DNA from: Candidatus Saccharimonadota bacterium
Lineage (GTDB): Bacteria > Bacteroidota > Bacteroidia > Flavobacteriales > Blattabacteriaceae
Assembly: GCF_014252315.1 (NCBI RefSeq)
Contig: NZ_CP059216.1
Span: forward strand, 90,001 to 122,000
DNA length: 32,000 nt
Direction: 5' to 3'
Part shown: positions 9,171-19,339 of the stretch, in pieces
Numbering within the stretch: position 1 is the first letter of the stretch
Layout of the letters: each line of letters opens with the position of its first letter
Position numbers and translations under genes: made by a program
The notes under the pieces: generated by a model
What the model was told of the DNA's origin: nothing
The model's input: only the letters and a program-made list of their open reading frames with translations
Database searches by the model: none

Positions 9171-10570
9171 ACCATTTTAGATGGATTTACTATTTTATCA
9201 AATTCATCATTTGTTAAATATCCTAATCTAATAGATTCTTCTTTCAAAGTTGAATTATTAATATAAGCACATCTAGCTATTTTTGCTGATTTTTCATATC
9301 CTATATGAGTATTAAGAGCTGTAACTAACATTAAAGAATTATTTAACAATTCTTTAATTCTATGATGATTAGGTTTTATTCCATTTATACAATTAATGTT
9401 AAAAGAATGACAAGATTCTGATAATAATCTAGAAGACTCTAATAATTTAGATATTATTAAAGGTTTACATACATTTAATTCATAATTTCCTGATGATCCA
9501 GCTATAGATATAGAGACATCATTTCCTATGATATTCATACAAACCATAATTATTGATTCACATTGAGTAGGATTTATTTTTCCAGGCATAATAGAAGATC
9601 CTGGTTCATTTTCAGGAATAAAAATTTCTCCAATTCCAGATCTTGGTCCAGATGATAAAAAACGAATATCATTCGATATTTTTATTAAAGAAATAGCCAA
9701 TTGTTTAATAGATGAATGAGTTTCTACAATAGAATCATGGTTAGCTATTGATTCAAATTTATTTTCTGATATTTTAAAAGGAATATTTGTAATTTTTTTT
9801 ATATAATTAATAACTTTTATATCATATCCTTTAGGAGCATTTAGTCCAGTTCCAACAGCTGTTCCTCCTATTGGTAATTCAGAAAGATGATTTAAAGTAT
9901 TTTTTAAAGAATATAATCCTTTTTTAATTTGTGATGCATATCCTGAAAATTCTTGACCTAAAGTTATTGGAACTGCATCCATAAGATGAGTTCTTCCTAT
10001 TTTTACAATATTTTTAAATAAATAAGATTTTTGTTCTAAACAACTTTTTAAGTTTTCAATAGATGGAATAGTAAAATTTTTTAGCATAGTATAAGCTGCT
10101 ATATGCATAGAAGTAGAAAAAACATCATTAGATGATTGTGACATGTTAACATCATCATTAGGGTGAATAAAACGATTAATTTCTGATTCTAATTTATTTC
10201 CCATAATTACATGAGATCTATTAGAAATAACTTCGTTTATATTCATATTAGTATGTGTTCCAGATCCAGTTTGCCATATAACTAATGGAAATTGATCATC
10301 CAATTTTCTATCTATAATTTCATCACAAACTTTTACTATTAAGTTTTTTTTATATTCAGATAATATTCCCAATTCAAAATTTGATATAGCAGCTGCTTTT
10401 TTTATAATACTAATAGCATAAATGATTTCTATTGGCATGGATCCATTTTGTCCTATTTTAAAATTTATTTTTGATCTTTCTGTTTGTGCACCCCAATATT
10501 TATTTATTGGAATTTTAACTTTACCTAAAATATCTTTTTCTATTCTATATGATTTTCTTTTTTTATTCAT
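9167..10570 (-). CDS. fumC: Fumarate hydratase, class II
   Basis: 467 aa. It contains [29 protein letters not shown] and the fumarate lyase signature [15 protein letters not shown]. Its stop overlaps the tatD stop (TTAA at 9167-9170). Confidence 0.95.
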   Translation of the reverse strand: MNKKRKSYRIEKDILGKVKIPINKYWGAQTERSKINFKIGQNGSMPIEIIYAISIIKKAAAISNFELGILSEYKKNLIVKVCDEIIDRKLDDQFPLVIWQTGSGTHTNMNINEVISNRSHVIMGNKLESEINRFIHPNDDVNMSQSSNDVFSTSMHIAAYTMLKNFTIPSIENLKSCLEQKSYLFKNIVKIGRTHLMDAVPITLGQEFSGYASQIKKGLYSLKNTLNHLSELPIGGTAVGTGLNAPKGYDIKVINYIKKITNIPFKISENKFESIANHDSIVETHSSIKQLAISLIKISNDIRFLSSGPRSGIGEIFIPENEPGSSIMPGKINPTQCESIIMVCMNIIGNDVSISIAGSSGNYELNVCKPLIISKLLESSRLLSESCHSFNINCINGIKPNHHRIKELLNNSLMLVTALNTHIGYEKSAKIARCAYINNSTLKEESIRLGYLTNDEFDKIVNPSKMV

Positions 10571-10794
10571 AATTATTGATTTGTTAAATAATGTTAAATA
10601 TGATATATTTATATTGTTATTATACTATACATATATATCTATGATAATTAAATTTGTAGGATTTTTTGTATTTTTATTAATATTAATATCTGGATTCTGG
10701 TCTATTTTATTTTTATCTTTATTTAGTATATATTGGATTATAAGTTATATTATAAATATTTTTATTAAAAAATATTTATAAGGTTGAATATTTT

Positions 10795-12675
10795 TTATGA
10801 TTTAATATGAATTAAAAGAACATTTAAATCGGAAGGAGATATTCCACTAATTCTTGATGCATGAGCTAATGATATTGGATTATAATATTTAAGTTTTTCT
10901 TTAGCTTCTAAAGAAAGAGATTTAATATTAAAATAGTTAAAATTATTTGGAATTTTGATATTTTCTAATTTTAATAATTTTTTTGCATTGTTTTTTTCTA
11001 TATCAATATATCCCTTATATTTGATTTGTATTGAAACTTGTTCTAATATTTTTTTATTTAATTTATTTTTTTCTATCCATTTTTTTATAAAATTAATATT
11101 TTTAATATCTTCTATGTTAATTTCAGAACGTAATAAAATATTATCAATTTTTTTACAAGAGTTAATCACAGAAGAATTTTTTTTAATTAATATAGGATTT
11201 ATATATTCAGGCTTTAAAGAATTTTTTTTAAAAAAATTTATACATTTATTTATATTAAATTTTTTATTTTCCACCATACTCATATATTTTTTTGAAATTA
11301 ATCCAATTTTATATCCAATATGAGTCAATCTTTCATCTGCATTATCTTGTCTTAACAACATTCTATATTCAGATCTAGAAGTAAACATACGATATGGTTC
11401 TTTTGTCCCTTTTGTTACTAAATCATCTATTAATACTCCTATATATGCTTCATTTCTTTTTAAAATAACTGGATTTTTTTTAAATATTTTTAAACATGAA
11501 TTAATTCCAGCTATAATTCCTTGTGCAGCTGCTTCTTCATATCCTGTAGTTCCATTTATTTGTCCAGCTAAAAAAAGATTTTCTATAATTTTAGATTCTA
11601 AAGTATGTTTTAATTGTTCTGGATAAAAAAAATCATATTCAATAGCATATCCTGGTCTAATCATTTTTACTTTTTCAAATCCTGGTATTTCTTTTAAAAT
11701 TTTGAATTGTATTTTTTCTGAAAATGATGTAGAAAAACCATTTATATACATTTCTTTAGTATCCCATCCTTCTGGTTCAATAAAAATAGGGTGACTTTTT
11801 TTTTCTGAAAAACGAATAATCTTTTCTTCTATAGAAGGGCAATATCTTGGACTTGATCCTTTTATAGATTTATTAAAAATTGGAGAATGATCTAAATTAT
11901 CCATAATTAAATTATGGACTATATCATTAGTATATGTAATATAACACTTAAGTTGTTTATTATTATATTTTTTTTTTATTCTATGAAAAAAAGAAAAACA
12001 TTCTGGATTTTTATCTCCATTTTGAATATCCATAATATTATAATTCAAAAATCTTCCATCTATTCTTGGAGATGTTCCAGTTTTCATTCTTCCATATTTT
12101 AATTTAAAATTTTTACTTAATTGTTTTGTAATCCCCTTAACTTCTTTTTCTGCTATTCTTCCTCCACTAATTTTTTTATTTCCAATGTATATAGTTCCAT
12201 TTAAAAATGTTCCAGTTGTCAATATTACAGATTTTGCTTTTATTATTATTCCAAGACAAGTTTTTACTCCTATTACTTTATAATTTTTTATAATTAATGA
12301 TTTAACTGTATCTTGATATAAATTTATTTTTTCATTTTTTTCTAATAAAATCCTCCAAAACATAGAAAATAATCTTCTATCACATTGGGCTCTAGGACTC
12401 CACATTGCTGGTCCCTTAGATTTATTTAGCATTCTAAATTGAACTGTACTATAATCAGTAACATAGCCAGAATATCCACCTAATGCATCTATCTCTCTTA
12501 TCATTTGACCTTTTGCTATTCCCCCCATAGCAGGATTACATGACATTTGTCCAATTGTTTGAATATTACTTGTTATAAGTAATATTTTTCCTCCTATTCT
12601 TGCAGAAGAAATAGCTGCTTCACATCCAGCATGACCTCCTCCAACTATAATAACATCATATGAATTTGAGAACAT
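10795..12675 (-). CDS. mnmG: tRNA uridine 5-carboxymethylaminomethyl modification enzyme MnmG (GidA)
   Basis: 626 aa. It contains [16 protein letters not shown] (FAD-binding), [30 protein letters not shown] and [19 protein letters not shown]. Confidence 0.97.
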   Translation of the reverse strand: MFSNSYDVIIVGGGHAGCEAAISSARIGGKILLITSNIQTIGQMSCNPAMGGIAKGQMIREIDALGGYSGYVTDYSTVQFRMLNKSKGPAMWSPRAQCDRRLFSMFWRILLEKNEKINLYQDTVKSLIIKNYKVIGVKTCLGIIIKAKSVILTTGTFLNGTIYIGNKKISGGRIAEKEVKGITKQLSKNFKLKYGRMKTGTSPRIDGRFLNYNIMDIQNGDKNPECFSFFHRIKKKYNNKQLKCYITYTNDIVHNLIMDNLDHSPIFNKSIKGSSPRYCPSIEEKIIRFSEKKSHPIFIEPEGWDTKEMYINGFSTSFSEKIQFKILKEIPGFEKVKMIRPGYAIEYDFFYPEQLKHTLESKIIENLFLAGQINGTTGYEEAAAQGIIAGINSCLKIFKKNPVILKRNEAYIGVLIDDLVTKGTKEPYRMFTSRSEYRMLLRQDNADERLTHIGYKIGLISKKYMSMVENKKFNINKCINFFKKNSLKPEYINPILIKKNSSVINSCKKIDNILLRSEINIEDIKNINFIKKWIEKNKLNKKILEQVSIQIKYKGYIDIEKNNAKKLLKLENIKIPNNFNYFNIKSLSLEAKEKLKYYNPISLAHASRISGISPSDLNVLLIHIKS

Positions 12676-12684
12676 AGTTTATAT

Positions 12685-13101
12685 TTAATATTGGAATAAA
12701 TTTATATAAAAATCTTCTTTTTTTTTCATTATTATTCTATCTTTTTTATTTTTATCATCATAACCTAAAAAATGTAAAATTGCATGAATCATAATACGTT
12801 TTAATTCAATTAAAAAAAATTGATTCCATATTTTAGAATTTTCTAATACTCTATCAATACTTATAAATATATCACCAGATATATATTCTTTAAAAGAATA
12901 ATTAAAAGCTATTACATCTGTATAATAGTTTTTTTTTAAAAATTTATAGTTTATTATTGATAAATAATTATCATTACAAAATATATAATTTATATTACCA
13001 ACATATTTATTTTCATTTCTCAATAATAAAAATATGTTTTTAAATATTAAATATTTATTTTTAATTCTAAAATTGGATATTTCGTAAAATAATTTAATCA
13101 T
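12685..13101 (-). CDS. ybeY: rRNA maturation endoribonuclease YbeY
   Basis: 138 aa with the metal motif HAILHFLGYDD (HxxxHxxGxxD/H) near the C-terminus. Confidence 0.88.
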   Translation of the reverse strand: MIKLFYEISNFRIKNKYLIFKNIFLLLRNENKYVGNINYIFCNDNYLSIINYKFLKKNYYTDVIAFNYSFKEYISGDIFISIDRVLENSKIWNQFFLIELKRIMIHAILHFLGYDDKNKKDRIIMKKKEDFYINLFQY

Positions 13102-13127
13102 AATAATATAAATTATAATTGAATTAA

Positions 13128-14633
13128 ATGTATTTTAATATTAAAATAATACCAAACATATTAACATCATTAAATTTATTTTCTGGATGTATATCAATAA
13201 TAACATTACAATCAGAAAACTTTAATCTTTCTATTATATTCAGTATTTTATCAATTATATTTGATTATTTAGATGGAATTATATCTAGAAAAATTAATAT
13301 TAATAATAATAATTTTGGGAAAGAATTAGATTCTTTATCAGATATAATATCATTTGGAGTTGTTCCTTCTATTACGGTTTTTATATTATTAAAAAAGACT
13401 ATATTAACTAGTTTTACTAGTTTTCATATTGAGTGGTCTGCTTTTTTTATTTCTGTATTTTCTGCATGGCGTTTAGCTAGATTTAATATTAGAAAAAATA
13501 ATAAAAAAGTTTATGGACTAACTACACCCGTTAATACATTATTTTTCTCTTCTTTATCTATTATTATAAATAATATTTCATTTTTTTTTAAAAAAATTAT
13601 ATATTCTCCTATAACCTTATTGTTTTTAATATTTTTATCTTGTTATTTTTTAAATTCTAAAATTCCAATGATTTCATTTAACTTTAATGGATATTCTTGG
13701 AAAAAAAATAAATATCGTTATATTTTTTTATTGATTAGTTTATTTCTTTTACTAACTTTACATGTAGTAGCTATACCACTTATTATTATTTTTTATATAG
13801 TAGAATCTATTTATTTAAATGCAAAGATCTATAGAATAAAAACACAAAACATTATGAAATTAATACTTCATCGTCCTATTTGTTTCTTTGATATAGAAGC
13901 AACAGGAATAAATATAGGTAAAGATAGAATTATAGAAATATCTATATTAAAAATATTTCCTAATGGAAATAAAGAGGATAAAACATGGTTAATTTACCCA
14001 GAAATGCCAATACCTTCTCAATCAACAGCTATTCATGGAATTAAAGACGAAGATGTAATAGGAAAACCTATATTTAAAGATATAGCTTTATTTATATTTA
14101 GAATGATTGAAAATAGTGATTTAGCTGGATACAATTCAAATAGATTTGATATTCCTATTTTAGCCGAAGAAATGCTTCGTGCAGGAATATCTTTTGATAT
14201 AAAAAAATATAAAACTATAGATGTTCAAGTAATTTTTCATAAAATGGAACCTAGAACTTTATCTGCTGCTTATAAATATTATTGCAATAAAGAGCTTATA
14301 AAAGCTCATAGTTCTAAAGCTGACGTAATTGCTACTTATGAGGTATTATTATCACAATTAGATAAATACAAAAATTTAAAAAAAGATGTAAAAAGTTTAA
14401 ATCAATTTTCTTATCAAAAAAACATAGCAGATTTAGCTGGATTTATTAAGATAGATGACAATAAAAATGAAATTTTTAATTTTGGTAAATATAAAGGAGA
14501 AAAAGTTATAGATATCTTTGAAAAAGATCCTGGTTATTACAACTGGATACAAAATTCAGAATTTCCTCTATACACTAAAAAAATATTTACAGAAGTAAAA
14601 TTAAGAAAATTTAATAAAAATAAAAAATTATAA
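13128..14633 (+). CDS. pssA: Single ORF joining a CDP-alcohol phosphatidyltransferase (phosphatidylserine synthase-like, about aa 1-235) to a DEDDh 3'-5' exonuclease (DnaQ/epsilon-like, about aa 243-501)
   Basis: The N-terminal half is multi-TM and carries the CDP-alcohol motif DYLDGIISR...GKELDSLSDIISF. From the internal ATG at 13854, MKLILHRPICFFDIEATG (ExoI), AGYNSNRFDIPIL (ExoII) and HSSKADVIATYEV (ExoIII, DEDDh) follow. The ORF ends with a GKYKGEKV...DPGYYNWI tail. No stop codon separates the two halves. Confidence 0.85.
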   Translation: MYFNIKIIPNILTSLNLFSGCISIITLQSENFNLSIIFSILSIIFDYLDGIISRKININNNNFGKELDSLSDIISFGVVPSITVFILLKKTILTSFTSFHIEWSAFFISVFSAWRLARFNIRKNNKKVYGLTTPVNTLFFSSLSIIINNISFFFKKIIYSPITLLFLIFLSCYFLNSKIPMISFNFNGYSWKKNKYRYIFLLISLFLLLTLHVVAIPLIIIFYIVESIYLNAKIYRIKTQNIMKLILHRPICFFDIEATGINIGKDRIIEISILKIFPNGNKEDKTWLIYPEMPIPSQSTAIHGIKDEDVIGKPIFKDIALFIFRMIENSDLAGYNSNRFDIPILAEEMLRAGISFDIKKYKTIDVQVIFHKMEPRTLSAAYKYYCNKELIKAHSSKADVIATYEVLLSQLDKYKNLKKDVKSLNQFSYQKNIADLAGFIKIDDNKNEIFNFGKYKGEKVIDIFEKDPGYYNWIQNSEFPLYTKKIFTEVKLRKFNKNKKL

Positions 14634-14654
14634 AAATTTTTTATATATTATTAT

Positions 14655-16499
14655 TTATAATTCTTTAAATTTTTTTGATATAAATTCACTTAATTCTTTG
14701 CCATGTAACATATTTTTAGATAAAAGAGTTAAATTTAACATATCCTGTATAACCTCTACCCTTTTTTCTTCAGAATTTATTTGTAATATTTTTTTTATTA
14801 ATGGATTACATGTATTAATAATTAGTTGATATTTGTTTATTTCTTTATTAGATAAAGTATTACCTAATGAATTCATATCTTGAATTCTTCTTAAGAATTC
14901 TGGAATAATTATTGTAAAAGGACGATCATTTTCAGATAAATATTCTAATTCTATAGAAAATCCATATTTTTTTATTAAATCATTATTAATTATATAATTT
15001 TTTATTTTATTTTTATCTATTTCAGATAGTTTTTCTTCTTGTTTTTCATTAATATTTCTTTTTATTAATTTATCAATATGATCTGAATCTACTCTAACAA
15101 AACAAATATCATTATAAAATGATTCAAATTTTTGTATTATATGTATTGATAATGGACTATTTAATAATAATATCTTATAATCTCTAGCCTTTGAATCTTC
15201 AATTGCACTGAATTGTGAATTTTTATCTGAAGAATAAAGAAATACAATTTTTCCTTCTTTATTTATTTGTTTTTCTTTTATTAAATTTTTAAATTCTTCT
15301 ATAGTATAATAATCATCATCAATAGTAGTAAATAAAAAGAATTTAATAGCTTTATCAAAAAAATTATTATCACTTATAATTCCATATTCTATTACAATTT
15401 TTATATGTTCCCATTTTTTTTGAAAATTTTTCCTATTATTATTGAATAATAAGTTTAGTTTATCTGATACTTTTCTTATTATATATTTAGATATATTTTT
15501 TACAGAATTATCATTTTGTAAATGAGATCGTGATACATTAAGAGGAATATCTGGTGAATCTATAACTCCTCTTAATAAACTTAAAAAATCAGGAACAATA
15601 CCTTGTAATTCATCTGTAATAAAAACTCTATTTTGATATAAATGTATTTTTTCTCTTTGTATATCAATTTGTTTATCTATTTTTGGAAAAAAAAGTATAC
15701 CATTTAAATTAAATGGATGATCTATATTAAGATGTATCCAAAACAATGGATCATCTAATTGATTTGTATATAATTCATGATGAAATTTTATATAATCTTC
15801 ATTTTTTAATTTAGAAGGATTATTTTTCCATATAGGAAAAACATTATTAACAATAGTTTCTTTATTATTTTCATTGTTAAATAATGAAATATAAATTGGA
15901 AACGGCATAAACTTACAATATTTTTGTAATAATTTTAAAATATTACTATATTCTAAATATTCTTTATTATTATCATCTATATATAAAATAACTTCAGTTC
16001 CTCTATTTTTCTTTTCTATTTCTTTTATGAAAAATGTTGTAGATCCATCACAAGTCCATAATATTGATGGATATATATCATTATAAGATTGAGTTAATAT
16101 AGTTACTTTATTTGATACCATAAAAGAAGAATAAAATCCCAATCCAAAATTTCCAATTATAGAAGAAGAATCTTTACTATATTTTTTAATAAATTCTTCT
16201 GCTCCAGAAAAAGCTATTTGATTGATATACTTATTTATTTCTTTTTCATTCATTCCAATACCATTATCAATAATATGAATAGACTTATTTTTTTCATTTA
16301 TTATAACTTTAATTTTAAAGTCATTATTTATATTCAGATTATTTAATCTAGAAATTGTTTTTAATTTAGATATAGCATCAGTAGCATTAGAAATTAACTC
16401 ACGTAAAAAAATTTCTTTGTTTGAATAAAGAAATTTTTTTATAATAGGAAAAATATTGTCTGAATTAACACTAATTTTATTATTCATATTATTATTCAT
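14655..16499 (-). CDS. htpG: Molecular chaperone HtpG (Hsp90)
   Basis: 614 aa. It contains FLRELISNATDA, IDNGIGM, IGNFGLGFYSSFMV and PLNVSRSHLQ, the Hsp90 signatures. Confidence 0.95.
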   Translation of the reverse strand: MNNNMNNKISVNSDNIFPIIKKFLYSNKEIFLRELISNATDAISKLKTISRLNNLNINNDFKIKVIINEKNKSIHIIDNGIGMNEKEINKYINQIAFSGAEEFIKKYSKDSSSIIGNFGLGFYSSFMVSNKVTILTQSYNDIYPSILWTCDGSTTFFIKEIEKKNRGTEVILYIDDNNKEYLEYSNILKLLQKYCKFMPFPIYISLFNNENNKETIVNNVFPIWKNNPSKLKNEDYIKFHHELYTNQLDDPLFWIHLNIDHPFNLNGILFFPKIDKQIDIQREKIHLYQNRVFITDELQGIVPDFLSLLRGVIDSPDIPLNVSRSHLQNDNSVKNISKYIIRKVSDKLNLLFNNNRKNFQKKWEHIKIVIEYGIISDNNFFDKAIKFFLFTTIDDDYYTIEEFKNLIKEKQINKEGKIVFLYSSDKNSQFSAIEDSKARDYKILLLNSPLSIHIIQKFESFYNDICFVRVDSDHIDKLIKRNINEKQEEKLSEIDKNKIKNYIINNDLIKKYGFSIELEYLSENDRPFTIIIPEFLRRIQDMNSLGNTLSNKEINKYQLIINTCNPLIKKILQINSEEKRVEVIQDMLNLTLLSKNMLHGKELSEFISKKFKEL

Positions 16500-16520
16500 A
16501 AGAAAATAAAAATTATTTTA

Positions 16521-17417
16521 TTATTTTGAAAAAAAATCATTAATAAACTTTTGTTCATTAAATTCCTTAAAATCATCTATCTTTTCTCCTATACCTACAT
16601 ATTGAATTGGTATTTTAAATTTATTCATAATATTTATAACAAAGCCTCCTTTTGCTGTTCCATCCAACTTTGTTAAAATCATACAAGAAACATGAACAAA
16701 TGATATAAATTTTTTTGTTTGATCAAATGAATTTTGTCCATTAGTAGCATCTAAAACTAACATAGTCTCATGAGGTGCTTCAGGAATAATTTTTTTCATA
16801 ACCCTATTAATTTTTGATAATTCTTTCATAAGGTTTGTTCTGTTATGTAATCTTCCTGCTGTATCAATAATTACAACATCTTTATTTTTAGATTTGGCAG
16901 ATTGTATAGTATCATAAGCCACAGAAGCAGGATCTGAATTAATTTTTTGTTTTACTAATGGAACTTTAGCTCTATTAGCCCATATTTCCAACTGATCTAT
17001 AGCACATTCACGAAACGTATCTGATGCTCCTATAATTGGATTAAATCCCTTTTTTTTAAGTAAAAAAGCTAATTTTCCTACAGTAGTTGTTTTTCCAACA
17101 CCATTTACTCCAACTATAGTACAAACATATGGATTATTACAATTTGTTATTTTTTTTTCTATAGAATATTTTTTTTCTGTAAAAAAGTTTATTATCTCAT
17201 TTTTTAATAATCCATTTAAATCATTTATTTTTATTTTTTTACCTAAAATTTTATATTCTAAATTCTTCAATATCTTTACAGTAAGATCTGTTCCTATATC
17301 AGCAGATAAAAGTATTTTTTCTAAATGATCTATATCACTTAATTCAACTATTTTTTTTTCTTTGTTAGAAAAAAAATTTTTTATTTTAGATAAAAAAGAA
17401 TTATTAAACATTAGCAA
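16521..17417 (-). CDS. ftsY: Signal recognition particle receptor FtsY (NG domain only)
   Basis: 298 aa. It contains GVNGVGKTTTVGKLA (G1), DTAGRLH (G3), TKLDGTAKGG (G4) and VGIGEKIDDF. The track start is TTG at 17415-17417. An ATG two codons downstream (17409-17411) is an equally plausible start. Confidence 0.95.
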   Translation of the reverse strand: MLMFNNSFLSKIKNFFSNKEKKIVELSDIDHLEKILLSADIGTDLTVKILKNLEYKILGKKIKINDLNGLLKNEIINFFTEKKYSIEKKITNCNNPYVCTIVGVNGVGKTTTVGKLAFLLKKKGFNPIIGASDTFRECAIDQLEIWANRAKVPLVKQKINSDPASVAYDTIQSAKSKNKDVVIIDTAGRLHNRTNLMKELSKINRVMKKIIPEAPHETMLVLDATNGQNSFDQTKKFISFVHVSCMILTKLDGTAKGGFVINIMNKFKIPIQYVGIGEKIDDFKEFNEQKFINDFFSK

Positions 17418-17422
17418 ATATT

Positions 17423-17593
17423 TTATTTTTTATTCGCTTTTTTATTGTCAAAAAAGACATATATATCTTTTTCTTTTATCATTTTATTTACAAATGTAAA
17501 TACATTTGTTTTATTTTTAGATTTCACTAATTTTACAGCTAAAATCATTTTGTTTTTATCTTTATTTTCAATAATATTTTTTTTAATGGACAT
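17423..17593 (-). CDS. DUF4295-family small protein, the conserved Bacteroidota partner of rpmB-rpmG and possibly ribosomal protein bL38
   Basis: Not in the ORF track, which shows only an antisense ORF here. I translated the minus strand by hand from the ATG at 17591-17593 to the TAA at 17423-17425. The product is MSIKKNIIENKDKNKMILAVKLVKSKNKTNVFTFVNKMIKEKDIYVFFDNKKANKK (56 aa). The core K.I.AVKLVKS.K....TF.E.M......V..FF and the position between rpmG and ftsY match my recollection of DUF4295 proteins. Confidence 0.7.
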   Translation of the reverse strand: MSIKKNIIENKDKNKMILAVKLVKSKNKTNVFTFVNKMIKEKDIYVFFDNKKANKK

Positions 17594-17606
17594 TTTTTTT
17601 AATAAA

Positions 17607-17789
17607 TTATTTAATTTCTTTGTGTACAGTATACTTTCTAAGTATAGGATTAAATTTTTTTAATTCAATTCTATTTGGAGTATTTTTTTTGTTTTTAGTT
17701 GTTATATATCTAGATATACCAGACATTCCAAATTTTTTTTGCTCAGTACATTCTAAAATTACTTGTATTCTATTTCCTTTTTTGCTCAT
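17607..17789 (-). CDS. rpmG: 50S ribosomal protein L33
   Basis: 60 aa. [19 protein letters not shown]...[35 protein letters not shown] is near-canonical bL33. Confidence 0.95.
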   Translation of the reverse strand: MSKKGNRIQVILECTEQKKFGMSGISRYITTKNKKNTPNRIELKKFNPILRKYTVHKEIK

Positions 17790-18033
17790 ATATTTTTTTC
17801 TTTTTATTATAATTATAATTAAATCTAATTAGTGCATTTTCTATACCTATTTTATCAATTATTCTTATAGTAGATACACAAATTTTTAAAGTAATCCATT
17901 TTTTTTTTCTTATTAAAAAAAAACGTTTTTTACATAAATTGATATTAAAACGACGTTTTTTTTTATTATTTGCATGAGAAACTTTATTTCCCACCATAGA
18001 TTTTTTTCCTGTTAATTCACAAATTCTTGACAT
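17770..18033 (-). CDS. rpmB: 50S ribosomal protein L28
   Basis: 87 aa. [33 protein letters not shown] is canonical bL28. Its K-rich C-terminal extension overlaps the rpmG start by 20 nt. Confidence 0.95.
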   Translation of the reverse strand: MSRICELTGKKSMVGNKVSHANNKKKRRFNINLCKKRFFLIRKKKWITLKICVSTIRIIDKIGIENALIRFNYNYNKKKKIYEQKRK

Positions 18034-18158
18034 AAAGTATTTTTTTATCTAAATTATTTTAGATATTTAATAATCAATATTCAAAATATTGTTATAAAAA
18101 AATTTATCCAAATATATTAAAAAATATTATAATCTTAAAAAAATCAAGTATTTCTATT

Positions 18159-18869
18159 ATGTCAGGACATAGCAAATGGGCTAACATACAACACAGAAAA
18201 TCTAATCAAGATATTAAAAAATCTAAAAAATTTTCTAAAGCAATTAATGAAATTATTTCAATAGTTAAAAAATGGGGAATTAATAATTATAGACTTAAAA
18301 ATGCTATTATAAACGCAAAATCATTAAATATACCAAAAAATACTATAAAAAAAGCAATACAAAAAATTTTAAATTCTAAAACAAATAATTACAAGAATAT
18401 AAATATAGAAGGAAAAATTTATGGAATTAGCATAATTATAGAATGTATAACAGATAATAATATTAGAACTTTATCTATTATAAAAACTATTTTTAACAAA
18501 AATGGAGGATTATTATGTAATAATGGAGAACTACTTCATTTTTTTATAAAAAAATTATTTTTTTTCGTAAAAAAAAAAGATATTATTAATATTTCATTAG
18601 AAGATTTAGAACTTAAATTAATAGATGTTGGAGCTGAAGATATTATAGAAAAAGAAAAAGAAATTCATATTATTATAGATTTTAAATATTTTGGATGTAT
18701 TAAACAAAATCTAGAAAAATTAAAAATTAAATATAAAAGTATATTAAAAAGAATACCAAAACAAAAAAAATATATTTCAAATGATAAAAAACAAAAAATA
18801 TTATCTTTAATTAAGGATCTTAATAAAAATGACGAAATAAAAAATATATATTATAATGTAAATTTATAA
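18159..18869 (+). CDS. yebC: YebC/PmpR (TACO1) family protein
   Basis: 236 aa. The N-terminus MSGHSKWANIQHRKSNQDIKKSKKFSK is the invariant YebC signature. Confidence 0.9.
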   Translation: MSGHSKWANIQHRKSNQDIKKSKKFSKAINEIISIVKKWGINNYRLKNAIINAKSLNIPKNTIKKAIQKILNSKTNNYKNINIEGKIYGISIIIECITDNNIRTLSIIKTIFNKNGGLLCNNGELLHFFIKKLFFFVKKKDIINISLEDLELKLIDVGAEDIIEKEKEIHIIIDFKYFGCIKQNLEKLKIKYKSILKRIPKQKKYISNDKKQKILSLIKDLNKNDEIKNIYYNVNL

Positions 18870-18879
18870 TTTTATTTTT

Positions 18880-19213
18880 AAGTATGGTGGCTTATTGCGT
18901 TTTTTTTAATATCATAAAAAAATGAGGAAAGTCCGGACACCGTAAGAGCAACATAGTGGGTAACACCCATCCATCGAAAGATGAGGAATAGTGCAACAGA
19001 AAGAAAGTACAGTATTAATAATAAAAAAATAGCTGTAGTGAAATCATGTAAACTCTATGTGGTGAAATGTCAAATATACCGAAAACTTGCTCAGTTAAAT
19101 TCGGGGGGTAGACAGATAGAAATTTTAGGTAACTTAAATTCAAGATAAATAATAAGCAATTCTATTTTTTTATATAGATGTAGATGAACAGAATCCGGCT
19201 TACAGCCATACTT
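18880..19213 (+). ncRNA. rnpB: RNase P RNA (bacterial type A, reduced, about 334 nt)
   Basis: This is a locally GC-enriched island containing the universally conserved blocks GAGGAAAGTCCGGAC (CR-I), GGGTAACACCC, AGTGCAACAGAAAG, GTAAACTC and AGATGAACAGAATCCGGCTTACAG (CR-IV/V). The 5' AAGTATGG pairs with the 3' CCATACTT to form P1. Confidence 0.93.
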
Positions 19214-19241
19214 AATTTTAAGTATTTATCTTTTATTAAAA

Positions 19242-19332
19242 GGAGAGATGGCCGAGTGGTTTAAGGCGCACGCCTGGAAAGCGTGTTCACATATATATTA
19301 AGGTGTCAAGGGTTCGAATCCCTTTCTCTCCG
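19242..19332 (+). tRNA. tRNA-Ser (anticodon GGA), class II; no encoded CCA
   Basis: The acceptor is GGAGAGA/TCTCTCC. The D region is GCCGAGTGGTTTAAGGC. The anticodon stem is CACGC/GCGTG with loop CTGGAAA. It has a long variable arm, a T arm AAGGG-TTCGAAT-CCCTT and discriminator G. It lies 28 nt downstream of rnpB. Confidence 0.9.
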
Positions 19333-19339
19333 TTGTTTT

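Noticed and set aside
10422-10640. 5' two-thirds of the 119-aa ORF 10422-10781
   Set aside because: This part overlaps the fumC N-terminal coding region in antisense. Only the spacer-resident tail (10641-10781) is kept, as a low-confidence finding.
10955-11323. 122-aa plus-strand ORF (and the 62-aa ORF at 11914-12102) inside mnmG
   Set aside because: Both lie entirely antisense to a strongly supported MnmG CDS. The products are F/I/L/S low-complexity strings, as expected from reading K/N/E-rich AT codons backwards. No recognisable motifs are present.
17445-17832. Plus-strand ORFs 17445-17663 (72 aa) and 17620-17832 (70 aa)
   Set aside because: They are antisense to the DUF4295/rpmG/rpmB operon, whose minus-strand products have canonical ribosomal-protein sequences. 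The plus-strand products are Phe/Leu/Ile strings.
18047-18064. 7-bp inverted repeat ATCTAAA-TTAT-TTTAGAT just upstream of rpmB
   Set aside because: It is short and pure A/T apart from one C/G pair. Such hairpins are expected by chance many times in this composition, so I make no regulatory call.
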